A stretch of DNA of 64,000 bases, taken from sequence record NZ_CP084013.1; one strand, given 5' to 3'. Position 1 is the first letter of the stretch, and every line of letters begins with the position of its first letter. Of this stretch, positions 28,022 through 37,330 are shown in pieces. The position numbers and the translations under genes were made by a program. The notes below the pieces were generated by a model, which worked only from the letters and a program-made list of their open reading frames with translations, searched no databases and was not told the origin of the DNA. Source of the DNA: a plasmid.

Positions 28022-29147
28022 GCTTTCTCCCTTGTAAACGTTTTTTCTGTATACATAGGCTATCACTGAATGGAGACCGTCGATACCCGGAAACCGTCAG
28101 ATCGCCTCCCCCCCCCCTGACTCCCAGGCAGCCGGGCGTCGCCGTCCGTTTCGGGTCGGGCATGAACTGAGCCGGATTATTCCCGATCGCCGTCAGCAAT
28201 GCGTCCATGTCGAGCGCGTACAGGCCGCTGTTCGACTGCGGGTTCAGCTCGATCACATGCGGCCGCCCGGCATCATCCAGATACAGGTCCATCACGTATG
28301 GGCCTTCGACTTCGCCGCGTATCGCATGCGCCGCCTCGTGCGCGAACGCCTCATACAACCGTGCGATGTCGGGATGCGATTCGATGCGCCCGCTGTTGCG
28401 CGTCTCCTCCATGCGCGGATCATACCGGTCACCCCGATTGTCGGCGGGCGTGAACCGTTCGATGCAGCCGGCGCCGCACACCGGTTTCCCGCCTATCACC
28501 TGCATCCGGTATTCGTAGCGCATGCGCGCCTTTTGCTGGACGAGCACCGCGTCCGGCTCGCCCTCGAACAGTGCGAGATCGTAGCCGGCCCACCGCCAGG
28601 CGGCGAACGGGATATGCTCCGGCTTCCCGCCATACTCGTCCGTCTGCATGAACGTGCCGTCCGGGTCGATGAACGCGAGCGGCAGGCGTTTCTCCCTGAG
28701 CATGAACTTGGCGACCACGCCCGAACCGGGATGCCGGTCGAGCATGCCCCGCGCCGCCACATCGATCGCATCCCCGTCGCAGGCGACGGATCGCGCGTCG
28801 CGCCCCAGAAACGGGCGCAGCGAGGGCATGAGATCCCACCGGTCGACGTTCGAGGCGGGCAACGTCAGCTGATCCATATACGGCCTGATTCTCACCACGC
28901 CGTAATGGGCTAGCGTCATCGGATCCGGCCCCCCGTACGATCGGCCGGCCACGCGCACATGCGGGTCCGGGAGGATACGTGCCGCGGCCTCCAGGCGCGC
29001 CGCCTGTTCGCGCCAATCCTCCGGATCCCCGTCGCCCGGCACAACCTCGCCGACGTATCGTCCCCATGCGGCGCGATACGCTTCCGGCGCGTCCATCACG
29101 TCGGACGGGCGTTCCGTGGGGATGATGTCGATAAGCCAGCCGGTCAA
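27969..29147 (-). CDS. ATP-grasp domain protein. The 3' end is uncertain because of the G10 tract.
   Basis: EYRMQVIGG. C-terminal VMDLYLDDAGRPHVIELNPQSNSGLY (ATP-grasp Mg-binding E/N). Confidence 0.5.
   Translation of the reverse strand: MTGWLIDIIPTERPSDVMDAPEAYRAAWGRYVGEVVPGDGDPEDWREQAARLEAAARILPDPHVRVAGRSYGGPDPMTLAHYGVVRIRPYMDQLTLPASNVDRWDLMPSLRPFLGRDARSVACDGDAIDVAARGMLDRHPGSGVVAKFMLREKRLPLAFIDPDGTFMQTDEYGGKPEHIPFAAWRWAGYDLALFEGEPDAVLVQQKARMRYEYRMQVIGGKPVCGAGCIERFTPADNRGDRYDPRMEETRNSGRIESHPDIARLYEAFAHEAAHAIRGEVEGPYVMDLYLDDAGRPHVIELNPQSNSGLYALDMDALLTAIGNNPAQFMPDPKRTATPGCLGVRGGGGDLTVSGYRRSPFSDSLCIQKKRLQGRKHEVVELRHQRPAPIRKP
28108..28117. repeat. Homopolymeric C10/G10 tract (simple-sequence contingency repeat candidate)
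   Basis: cctCCCCCCCCCCtga. It lies about 90 bp upstream of the ABC ATPase start and inside the 3' end of the upstream ATP-grasp ORF. Confidence 0.8.
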
Positions 29148-30571
29148 TGTTCTCCCTCCAGTTCGGGCATCCAGTTCTCCACCATCGGCCGACGCTTTCC
29201 TTTCGGCACCGTCCGTTCGTAGAAGGTGCTGCGTTCGGCGGGCGCCATGTCGATGAGCCAGTAGTCGTCGCCGTCGCGCATGATGTCAAGCGACCATTGG
29301 CCCGCCAGGTCGAGACCGGGCAGCAATCCGGCCACGTGCGTGGCGACCAGGTCCTTCGTGGCCTCGTATTCGCGCATGAGCGACGGTTCTCGCAGCTTGT
29401 AGGTGACCGCGTCGTGCCGCATGTGCGGGTTGTCGGAATCCGGCCAGTCGCGGAAACGATGGTTCATCACCTTGGGATCCCAGTACGGGTGGATGCCCAG
29501 CAGCTCATCCGTGTCGCAGTCGATGAAGCAACGGTATTCGCATCGCAGCGGCAGGCCCATGTAGATGGTCGGCAGGTCATGCGTATCGGGGATGTATTCG
29601 CGGACCACCATCTCGTTCGTCGTGGAAACCCCGTACGTGGCAGGTTGGCTCAACGGTCCGGCCATTTCGACCGCTTGGGATTGGAGGTACAACAGGTATT
29701 CGCCGATCTGCATGACCTCGTGCGGTTCGGTGACGTGCGCGTTGCGGAAATCATACTTGTTGCTGAACGTGCCGGTCTTGAGGAAATAAGATTCGTCCGG
29801 TTTCAGGCGGAACGCGGCCTGCGCCCACCGATCCACCACATCCAATGTGGCGGCGGTCAGCGACTCGTATTCGACGCGCGACAATTGCAACAGGGTCAAC
29901 GGCGCTTTGGCTATCGTGGTCTTCGGGATGCGGAAGAACGTCTTGCCTTCGTTCGCCTTGACCAATGCGGGCAGCCAATGGCCTATGCTCGCCGGGTTCA
30001 TGTCGAGCATTCGGTACATGACCGGATCCAGGTCGAGCAGGTCGAGGCCGGTGCGGAACATGCCGTACGCCTCATGCCGTTGCCTCGCGGAACGTTTCGG
30101 ATCCGTGGCGCGCCGCCACATATCCAACAGGAGCGGATAGTTCACCGCATCAATCTGACGGTGGATGAGCTCGCCCGCCAACTGGGGGCGCTCCCCCGTC
30201 TGCAGGGCATTCACGTCCGATTCCGTCACATACTTTTCCGGGACGGGAGCCAATGCCGGAATCGTGGTCAGACGTTCCCCGTCGAACCGGATGACGCCTG
30301 TATCCGACAGCAGTTCGCGCACGATGCGCGCATCCAACGCCAACGCCTCGTCCGACAGCCCGTGTCCGGAACGGGATTCGACAACGGTCTTCGCGTCCGG
30401 ACCCAATGGTCCCGTGGGCGCATTCTTCCGGTCGAGCACGTTCGCATGGTAGGAGCGTTCGAACTCGCGCAATAGTCCGGGCGTGGTGCTGAGCATGGCG
30501 GCCGCCGTGTCCACGTCCAACGGTTGCGGCTTATCCGCGTGCAGCAGCCGGTCGAGAAAGCCGGTCATGAT
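29144..30571 (-). CDS. Second ATP-grasp-like protein with an N-terminal extension
   Basis: VVREYIP...CEYRCFIDCD and SLDIMRDGDDYWLIDMAPAERS follow the ATP-grasp pattern. RBS GGAGGAA. Confidence 0.4.
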   Translation of the reverse strand: MMTGFLDRLLHADKPQPLDVDTAAAMLSTTPGLLREFERSYHANVLDRKNAPTGPLGPDAKTVVESRSGHGLSDEALALDARIVRELLSDTGVIRFDGERLTTIPALAPVPEKYVTESDVNALQTGERPQLAGELIHRQIDAVNYPLLLDMWRRATDPKRSARQRHEAYGMFRTGLDLLDLDPVMYRMLDMNPASIGHWLPALVKANEGKTFFRIPKTTIAKAPLTLLQLSRVEYESLTAATLDVVDRWAQAAFRLKPDESYFLKTGTFSNKYDFRNAHVTEPHEVMQIGEYLLYLQSQAVEMAGPLSQPATYGVSTTNEMVVREYIPDTHDLPTIYMGLPLRCEYRCFIDCDTDELLGIHPYWDPKVMNHRFRDWPDSDNPHMRHDAVTYKLREPSLMREYEATKDLVATHVAGLLPGLDLAGQWSLDIMRDGDDYWLIDMAPAERSTFYERTVPKGKRRPMVENWMPELEGEH

Positions 30572-31038
30572 TCCTCCAGATCCCTGATTTGTTGCTCCAG
30601 TTTCCCGCAGGTCTTCGCCTGACCCAACGCCTTGCGCAGCCGTGGCACCAGCTCCTCGCATGAAAGTTGCCGACTGTCCTGCGGTATCGCCTCCAACAGT
30701 TCCTGCAACGTGTCCAATCCGTCATCCAACAGGGCTTTCAAGGTATTCGTTTCCCGATTTCTCCTCAACACGTCGATCCACGCTTCGGCAAGGCGGCCGC
30801 CCTCGAACAGGCGTCCGCCATGCCATTTCGCAAACACCCTGCCTCCATCGAATGCGAGAATCGTACGTGTCCGGTCGTACCGTTCCACCGGCTCCCCGTT
30901 CATGTCCACGCGGCCCAGATACAATGCCGTCACATCATCGTCATCGGTGAACGACCAGACACGATAGTGCGGATCCTCGCGGCGCAACCGTTCCTCCGCC
31001 ATGCCGGCGAACCGGATTTCAGTATCGATTTTGTCCAT
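30565..31038 (-). CDS. Hypothetical protein (first gene of the ATP-grasp operon)
   Basis: Internal ATG (MDKIDTEIRF...). Its stop overlaps the next start. Confidence 0.4.
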   Translation of the reverse strand: MDKIDTEIRFAGMAEERLRREDPHYRVWSFTDDDDVTALYLGRVDMNGEPVERYDRTRTILAFDGGRVFAKWHGGRLFEGGRLAEAWIDVLRRNRETNTLKALLDDGLDTLQELLEAIPQDSRQLSCEELVPRLRKALGQAKTCGKLEQQIRDLEES

Positions 31039-31151
31039 CAGTTGTTCCTTTCCGCATCGGTTCCCGTATGCGTTCCACATTTCGATGCCGCCATCGGAAT
31101 GTTCCGGCTCTTCTCGGAAGGATGGTGGATATTACAAAATGGGTGTACATT

Positions 31152-31171
31152 TGTATACATATATGTATATA
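31152..31171. promoter_or_regulatory. AT-rich near-perfect palindrome in the divergent promoter region (operator candidate for the Phd/YafQ pair)
   Basis: TGTATACATATATGTATA(T)A lies 20 bp upstream of the antitoxin ATG. Confidence 0.45.
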
Positions 31172-31190
31172 TTCCTTTTGGAGGTTTGCG

Positions 31191-31475
31191 ATGGCAGCAG
31201 AAACGATCACCGTCCCATTGGACACGATTGTTCCGATCAGCAAATTCGGGCATGCGGGGGCAAGCAGCGAGTTCGCCAAGGTTGAGGACGATACACCTGT
31301 CACCGTGCTCCGCAACGGAGAACCCACCTATTTCATCATCAACGCGCACGACTACCGCATCTACCGGCAGGCGGTCATAGCTGCCGAAAACAGGCAGGCG
31401 AGACACGAGGCGCTGAACGGTATCGGCAAAAGGTTCGGCAGCGTGGACGATCTGATGGCGGACCTCGATGCTTAA
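31191..31475 (+). CDS. Phd/YefM-family antitoxin
   Basis: PISKFGHAGASSEFAKVEDDTPVTVLRNGEPTYFIINAHDYRIY. Confidence 0.65.
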   Translation: MAAETITVPLDTIVPISKFGHAGASSEFAKVEDDTPVTVLRNGEPTYFIINAHDYRIYRQAVIAAENRQARHEALNGIGKRFGSVDDLMADLDA

Positions 31476-31770
31476 CGACATATCCCGGACGCCTACCTTC
31501 GAACGAGACTGGAAACGTCTGAGACGGAAGCACTACGATTCCGCCAAACTGCGTAAGGCGATACAAACCCTGATGGCCGAAGACGCGGATACGCTGATCC
31601 ACACGTACCGGGATCACTCGCTGAAAGGCGAATGGGCGGGATTCCGCGAACTCCACATCGAGGGTGACTGGCTTCTTATCTACCGGATCGATCATGGCGA
31701 ACTGTGCCTCGTGCTCACCCGCACCGGCTCGCACGATGCCTTGTTTGGTCGTGGAGGGAAGAACTTCTGA
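31468..31770 (+). CDS. YafQ/RelE-family toxin
   Basis: DHSLKGEWAGFRELHIEGDWLLIYRIDHGELCLVLTRTGSHDALF. It overlaps the antitoxin stop. Confidence 0.65.
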   Translation: MLNDISRTPTFERDWKRLRRKHYDSAKLRKAIQTLMAEDADTLIHTYRDHSLKGEWAGFRELHIEGDWLLIYRIDHGELCLVLTRTGSHDALFGRGGKNF

Positions 31771-31775
31771 CCGGT

Positions 31776-32126
31776 TCACGACGACACTTCGACCAGGATC
31801 AGTCCGACAATCGCAAACGCGAGAATCCATACACCGAACAGCACGTACCGTGCGCAGCGCATGCCCGTCAGATACCGGTCGAACATGCGGTTCCGTTCGT
31901 CGAGCATCCGGCACCAAGCATCTTCGCACCGGTCGAAATCGGCCGGGCTCATACGGGTGCCGCCGTACGCTTCCAAATGCTCGCGCAGGGACGGCATGGG
32001 CGGAGCCGGCCACGGTTCAAACCGGAACGGGCGGAAGCACATCGCATCCCATGCGACACGCAATCCACGTCGGAAACCGGCCCTGAAGCCGCTGCCCATG
32101 TAGTCCATCAACCTCTCCTGTTCCAT
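31776..32126 (-). CDS. Hypothetical protein with a C-terminal TM segment
   Basis: Six-frame ORF convergent with the toxin gene. Confidence 0.35.
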   Translation of the reverse strand: MEQERLMDYMGSGFRAGFRRGLRVAWDAMCFRPFRFEPWPAPPMPSLREHLEAYGGTRMSPADFDRCEDAWCRMLDERNRMFDRYLTGMRCARYVLFGVWILAFAIVGLILVEVSS

Positions 32127-32220
32127 TTCTCGACCGCCGAATACAGGCAGGTGACACGGGTCTCGTAATTAGTTGCTTGTTTTCTAGTATTTTCTATACT
32201 TATATGGTATCATATTGTTT

Positions 32221-32808
32221 ATGAAGTTGTCGGAGTACGCGGCCAAGCATGGCATCCAGTATCGTGCCGCTTGGAACCGGTTCAAGGCGGGGAAGATTCC
32301 CGGCGCTTGGCAGGACGAGTCGGGGACGATAATCGTGCCCGACGAGACGCAGGCGCGCCTGAACGACGCCGCCGTGTACGCCCGTGTCTCCGACCCGTCG
32401 AAACGCAAGACCCAACTGCCCGCGCAGCAGAAGCGTGTGGAGGATTGGGCCATCGCCAATGGTTATCGGGTGGTCGCGTCCGTGTCCGAGGTCGGTTCTG
32501 GGGTGAACGACAAGCGTCGCCGTCTGTCCGCGTTGCTGAAGCGCGATGATTGGGGGACGCTCATCGTGGAGCACAAGGACAGGCTGACCCGGTTCGGGTT
32601 TGAATGGTTCCGTCTGTTCATCGAACAGCAGGGGCGTCGCATCGTGGTCATCAACGAGGCGGGCGACGACCGGGCGGACTTGGCGCAGGATTTGGTGAGC
32701 ATCATCTACTCGTTCAGCGCCCGCCTGTACGGGCAACGGCGTTCCAAACGCGCGGAGGCCATGGTCCGCATCGTGGAGGATGGTGAGCGCGATGCCGTCC
32801 AAGCGTAA
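32221..32808 (+). CDS. tnpA: IS607-family TnpA serine recombinase
   Basis: YARVSDPSKRKTQL. GSGVNDKRRRLSALL. MerR-like N-terminus. Confidence 0.75.
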   Translation: MKLSEYAAKHGIQYRAAWNRFKAGKIPGAWQDESGTIIVPDETQARLNDAAVYARVSDPSKRKTQLPAQQKRVEDWAIANGYRVVASVSEVGSGVNDKRRRLSALLKRDDWGTLIVEHKDRLTRFGFEWFRLFIEQQGRRIVVINEAGDDRADLAQDLVSIIYSFSARLYGQRRSKRAEAMVRIVEDGERDAVQA

Positions 32809-34243
32809 CGTCTCCTATCATGCGTACAACGCGGCCAGTCCGATGAACAATCGGAAGCTCGCGGAGTTCGACTGTCTGTTGCCGGTATGGCGTCGCGGCC
32901 TCGTGTTTGCAATGGGCGGTTGGACGCGCGTATTGACATCCGGCGGGGAGCTGCCCCGTTGGATGGATACTAAGAGTTTCCCCGGCTGGCTGTCCCAGCG
33001 CCAGTGGGATTCCGTGACGCGTCAGGCCAAAGGCGCGTTGGATTCTTGGATGGAACTCAGGGAGACCGAGTTTCGCCGCGTCGTCAACGGCAGTAGTCTA
33101 AGCCCGGACATGAAGCGGGAACTGTACGACATCAACCGGCGGCATGAATGGTGGAAGCCGGAGGATGATGAGGCTCACCGCATGGCGCGGCGCATCATCA
33201 AACACCTGCGCAAACAAGTCCCGTTCCCCCGCATGGGACGTTGCCGGACGATGAGCATGGACGGGAAGATAGCCCGAGTCGAGGATGCCATGAACGCCGT
33301 CCATTATCGTTGGTGGGTCACGGTCAGCACCTTGGACAGGGGGCGTCCGATTCGCATCCCGATAATCGCCGACCCCCGGTTGGAAGAGAATCTGGCGGTC
33401 AACAACGAGACCTTGGCGAATCATCTGCAAGCCACCCACACCCCGGAGGAGGGGTGGACGTTCCATGTGATGACCACCAGCCCGAAGGCCACGCCCAGAC
33501 GGACGGGCGAGATTATCGGCGTTGACTGGGGAGTGCAAAGCCTGTTCGCCACCAGCGACGGGCGACTCTTGGGACTCGGACTGTACGCATGGCTGTCGGA
33601 ACGCGACGTGGAACTCGAAACGCTCACCAAGGAGCTGAACCGTAGCCATATCCCCTGCCGGGAATCGAAACGTTACCGTCGGTTGAACAAACGAATACGC
33701 GACCATGTGACCAACGAGACCAACCGGCTGCTCAACCGGCTGGGCGAACAGGACATCAAGGAAATCGTCGTAGAGGAACTCGACTTCCGCCACGGCGGAC
33801 TCACCCGCAGGATGAACCGCATCGTCAGCCGTGCGGGACGCAACGCGGTCAAGCGCAAACTCCAAGACCTGCAAGACAACAAGGGCGTCACCGTCACCAA
33901 AGTCAACCCCGCATACACATCGCAGGAATGTCCGAACTGCGGATGCACCGACCCGCGCAACCGCAAAACCAGAGACCTGTTCCGCTGCATCTGCTGCGGA
34001 TACACGCTTCATGCCGACATCAACGCCAGCCGCAACATACGTGCGAGACGTTCTCGCAGGGATGGATGGCGTTTCATCGGCAGGAAGCAAATCCTCGCCA
34101 CGCTCCGCAACGAGCACGGTGAGCGATGCTCCCGCCCCGACCATCATCGGGACGGGAGACACGTCGCCAAGAGTGCGACTACCCCACGGAACGCGAAAAC
34201 GTCACCGGAGGTCAAAGCTCCTAACGGAATAAAAAACCATTAG
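32792..34243 (+). CDS. tnpB: TnpB RuvC-like RNA-guided endonuclease homolog
   Basis: IIGVDWGVQ. VVEELDF. CPNCGC...CICCGY. HADINASRNI. Confidence 0.8.
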   Translation: MPSKRNVSYHAYNAASPMNNRKLAEFDCLLPVWRRGLVFAMGGWTRVLTSGGELPRWMDTKSFPGWLSQRQWDSVTRQAKGALDSWMELRETEFRRVVNGSSLSPDMKRELYDINRRHEWWKPEDDEAHRMARRIIKHLRKQVPFPRMGRCRTMSMDGKIARVEDAMNAVHYRWWVTVSTLDRGRPIRIPIIADPRLEENLAVNNETLANHLQATHTPEEGWTFHVMTTSPKATPRRTGEIIGVDWGVQSLFATSDGRLLGLGLYAWLSERDVELETLTKELNRSHIPCRESKRYRRLNKRIRDHVTNETNRLLNRLGEQDIKEIVVEELDFRHGGLTRRMNRIVSRAGRNAVKRKLQDLQDNKGVTVTKVNPAYTSQECPNCGCTDPRNRKTRDLFRCICCGYTLHADINASRNIRARRSRRDGWRFIGRKQILATLRNEHGERCSRPDHHRDGRHVAKSATTPRNAKTSPEVKAPNGIKNH

Positions 34244-34454
34244 AAAGCACACTCTGGAACGATGGGTCGATCGGAACGTACCGGCCCGGCATGTTCCCGC
34301 CGCAGTCGCAGCGCACCGTGTACCGTTCCGTCGTATCGTCCACATCATCGTAGATTCGTGGCATGCCGCCGCAGAACGGGCATGGCTTCAACGTCTCGTG
34401 TTCGACCGTCGCATGCCTGTTGTTGCGGGAATCCCAGATTCCTGTGGCCTCCAT
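34221..34454 (-). CDS. Lar-family restriction alleviation protein (zinc ribbon)
   Basis: LKPCPFCGG....VRCDCGG. Confidence 0.6.
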   Translation of the reverse strand: MEATGIWDSRNNRHATVEHETLKPCPFCGGMPRIYDDVDDTTERYTVRCDCGGNMPGRYVPIDPSFQSVLSNGFLFR

Positions 34455-35461
34455 CAGAGCCTGCCCTTCCGCCTGTTTCGTTCCAGACAGTCATCCATCG
34501 CCCGTCCGACCTCCTCATCCGTGATGCCGAACGCCGTGATCAGGTTGCCGACCGTCTGCAACACGTCGGCCAGTTCGTCGAGCATGGCCTGGCGACGCTG
34601 GTCGCGCACATGGCCTATCCAGCCGGCCTTCGCCTTGTCCCGGTCGTCGCCAAGCTCGCCGCCCACGTTCACCCCGTAACAGGCGAGACAGTCCGCATGA
34701 TCGTCGAACTGGTCGCCGATGCCGCTCGGATCGGTCGGATCGCAGGCCTTCAGGTATTGCTTGCATGCCTCCACGAGTTCGGCCGACTCTTCGAGGTTCT
34801 TGACGGCCAGCCACTTGTCCCGTTCCAGACGGCCGAACGATCGGACATCCGGGAGATGCACGGTGCGGCTCCCCTCATGGATCGGAGTGGAATCATTGGA
34901 GGCCGGCTTCCATGGAATCTCTTCGACGGTTTGGAGCGAATACCGGGTGTACGGGCCGTGCGCGGACGGTTCCCCGGAATCGTCGTCAAGCTCTTCGGCC
35001 GTCCATCCGCGATCGGCGATCCACGGCTTGCACCAGTCAAAGTGAGTGCCTTCATCATCCATCGGCTCGAAGTCGCAGCGTGCCCACGGGCCCCATTCGT
35101 GGAGCATCCTCACGGTGATGCCGGAACAAGGCGCGCATTCCCATTCGCGGCCCTCTTCCTTCAGCCGGAAGATGTGCCCGTCGATCCCGTCGCCGCCTGT
35201 GATGAGCCAGAGCGTGCCGTTCGCGTCGCTCCAGCATCCCGCCGTGTCGGGCATGGCGGAGAACCCGGCCCTGGTCAGGTCTATCCCCTTCCATTCGGTT
35301 CGCTGGAACGGTGCGGCCTGTTCCAGCTGTCCCGCGGACAGGATCTCGCCGGTGTCCGCATCCCGTATCGCGAGCTCGCCGGATTCCATGCAGGCCACGA
35401 CCGTTTTCTCGTTCGCATCCCGCCACAGTCCGGGCGCATCCGGTTTCTCGCGGCCGCTCAT
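34454..35461 (-). CDS. Protein with a C-terminal MazG-like NTP pyrophosphohydrolase domain
   Basis: NLEESAELVEA...DELADVLQTVGNLITAFGITDEEV. RBS GGGAGAGG. Confidence 0.5.
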   Translation of the reverse strand: MSGREKPDAPGLWRDANEKTVVACMESGELAIRDADTGEILSAGQLEQAAPFQRTEWKGIDLTRAGFSAMPDTAGCWSDANGTLWLITGGDGIDGHIFRLKEEGREWECAPCSGITVRMLHEWGPWARCDFEPMDDEGTHFDWCKPWIADRGWTAEELDDDSGEPSAHGPYTRYSLQTVEEIPWKPASNDSTPIHEGSRTVHLPDVRSFGRLERDKWLAVKNLEESAELVEACKQYLKACDPTDPSGIGDQFDDHADCLACYGVNVGGELGDDRDKAKAGWIGHVRDQRRQAMLDELADVLQTVGNLITAFGITDEEVGRAMDDCLERNRRKGRL

Positions 35462-35685
35462 TCGGCCTCTCCCATCTGTTCGTCCAGCCATTTTTCGGCC
35501 TCGTTCAGGGTCGAGCATTGCCTGCGAATACTGTTCTCCACGCCGTTCGGCTGGCGGACGAGCAGTATCGCCGTATATCCGCCGACCATGCTCGCCACGA
35601 CGCCGCCGCGCCGGGTGCGGGTGCGTCTGGGATGCTCCCACATGCGCGGCAGTCCGACTCGCGCCTCATGCTCGATCAACATCAT
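35458..35685 (-). CDS. Small hypothetical protein
   Basis: ATGA overlaps on both sides. Confidence 0.4.
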   Translation of the reverse strand: MMLIEHEARVGLPRMWEHPRRTRTRRGGVVASMVGGYTAILLVRQPNGVENSIRRQCSTLNEAEKWLDEQMGEAE

Positions 35686-36149
35686 GCGTCCCCCTCTTCC
35701 TTCGGATAGTCGGCTCCGTCACGGTCGAGATACTTGCAATGCAGTCGCGTGGATTCGCGTATGGGCAGGGAGTCCACCCAATGCTCGATTGTGGCCCTTT
35801 TCGCCCGGTTCAGCCATGTCTCATACGCATCCGACGCCTCGCCCGACGTCAATCCGACCGCGTCGCGCAGCATGGCCGTGACCGCCATGCAGACCATGTC
35901 GTCGGTCAGCGGGAGACCGCCCTCCACATGCTTGGGGCCGATATCCACCGATAGGACGCCATCAGGCATCGAACCGTCAGGCAGGAGCGCCGTTTTGAAG
36001 AATTCGTTGGGAATCCTGACTCCAACTGTCCCGTCCTGTAGGGTGACGGCCTTTCCGGTCAGCTCCGTGCCGTTCTCGTAATGGATGGTGGCAATAGGAT
36101 TCTCGTCTGGTTCCGTCTCGTCTGTGACTTGCCTTTTTCCATCGTTCAT
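35682..36149 (-). CDS. Hypothetical protein, paralog of the gene at 40995..41405
   Basis: Shares VDIGPKHVEGGLPLTDDMV with VDIRPSHVGYGLPLTDDMA. Confidence 0.5.
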   Translation of the reverse strand: MNDGKRQVTDETEPDENPIATIHYENGTELTGKAVTLQDGTVGVRIPNEFFKTALLPDGSMPDGVLSVDIGPKHVEGGLPLTDDMVCMAVTAMLRDAVGLTSGEASDAYETWLNRAKRATIEHWVDSLPIRESTRLHCKYLDRDGADYPKEEGDA

Positions 36150-36838
36150 CTTGTTTGTCCTTTCGATTCGATTGAGTTCAGATCGTACGATTGTTCGCCA
36201 ATCAGTTCGCGCAGCTCATACATCTTGTTTTCGATATCATGCCGTCGGGCTTCCATTCGGCTGGCATCCTCTTTGCTGAAACGCGGTAGCCGAGAAAATG
36301 ATTGGGTTAGTAGATTCTCCGTCTCGGCGAGCTGACGGCGGGCCACGCGCAGCAAGGTCCGGGATTCGATGAGACGGGAGGCGTTGATGGCCGGCACCGG
36401 TTCGTCCGGCTGGTCTTCCACAGGTTTGACCTTGACGAAGCTCGGTTGGGCGAACCGGTAGCCGGAATCGCCGAACACGTATTCCAGGCCACGGCCGCCG
36501 GCCCGGATGCCCAATACGCCGTCAAACGGTTCCAGCGGCCCCTCGAACGCCCCACGCCGTCCCCCGAATTCGACGCGCACCCGGACTCCTTCCAGCTCGT
36601 CCAGAAAACGACCCTGCCAGAACGGCTCCTCGGGACGCAGACGCACATGGTCGACTTCTTCCATGAGCCGCACGCCATCGCCCTTGTCCTTCCGTGTGAA
36701 GACGCATGTATCGTCTACCGTCAGATAATCCCCAAAACGGACGAACGGGCCGATATGCCGGCTGCCGTCCGAGGTCACGGCCGCGGCCTCCAACCCAATC
36801 AGATCGTCGAACAGGTAACGGTCCCACCATTCAGACAT
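36146..36838 (-). CDS. Hypothetical protein
   Basis: Six-frame ORF. ATGA coupling. Confidence 0.45.
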   Translation of the reverse strand: MSEWWDRYLFDDLIGLEAAAVTSDGSRHIGPFVRFGDYLTVDDTCVFTRKDKGDGVRLMEEVDHVRLRPEEPFWQGRFLDELEGVRVRVEFGGRRGAFEGPLEPFDGVLGIRAGGRGLEYVFGDSGYRFAQPSFVKVKPVEDQPDEPVPAINASRLIESRTLLRVARRQLAETENLLTQSFSRLPRFSKEDASRMEARRHDIENKMYELRELIGEQSYDLNSIESKGQTR

Positions 36839-37046
36839 GATCCTGCCTTTCCTCCTCCCTGTGGCGCCATGCGTCGCAGGCGGCGCATCTGTCGTTTTCG
36901 CCCAAGGCCGCGTATGCGCCGCAATCCGTGCAGAATCCTCTGTGCATCAGCGAATCTCCTTGAGTTCGGCCTTCAACCTGCGGACGACGAGCAGGCCGTG
37001 CCCGCCGTCCCATTCCACCGGCCATTCCCCGTCGCGGCCGTCGCAA
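36831..37046 (-). CDS. Small Cys-rich protein
   Basis: CTDCGAY....CAACDAW. Confidence 0.4.
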   Translation of the reverse strand: MRRPRRGMAGGMGRRARPARRPQVEGRTQGDSLMHRGFCTDCGAYAALGENDRCAACDAWRHREEERQDHV

Positions 37047-37330
37047 GGTTCGGCCGGTCCGACAATCCTCAATTCAGGCAATTGACTTCCTCCCCACGGC
37101 TGAAGCCGGTGGTCTTACGGCGCGATTCGATAAGTCCATCAGAAAAATCCTTCCAAAACGGATAGGCCGAGGAACAACAGCCACGAGACCAGCTCCGAGA
37201 ACATGATCGTGAACGCGATGGCCGCATGCAATCGTCCTAACCTCAGGTCTTTCGATCTGAGCAGCGGCGCCAGAGGAATGAGTGCGAGAAGATTGGCTCC
37301 GACCCACATGATTCGAACATAGCCCATTGC

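Larger units (their letters stand above)
32170..34260 (+). mobile_element. IS607-family insertion sequence, second diverged copy
   Basis: Serine-recombinase tnpA plus tnpB. Left-end similarity (cTTGTTTTCTagtatt) to the first copy. Boundaries are approximate. Confidence 0.6.
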
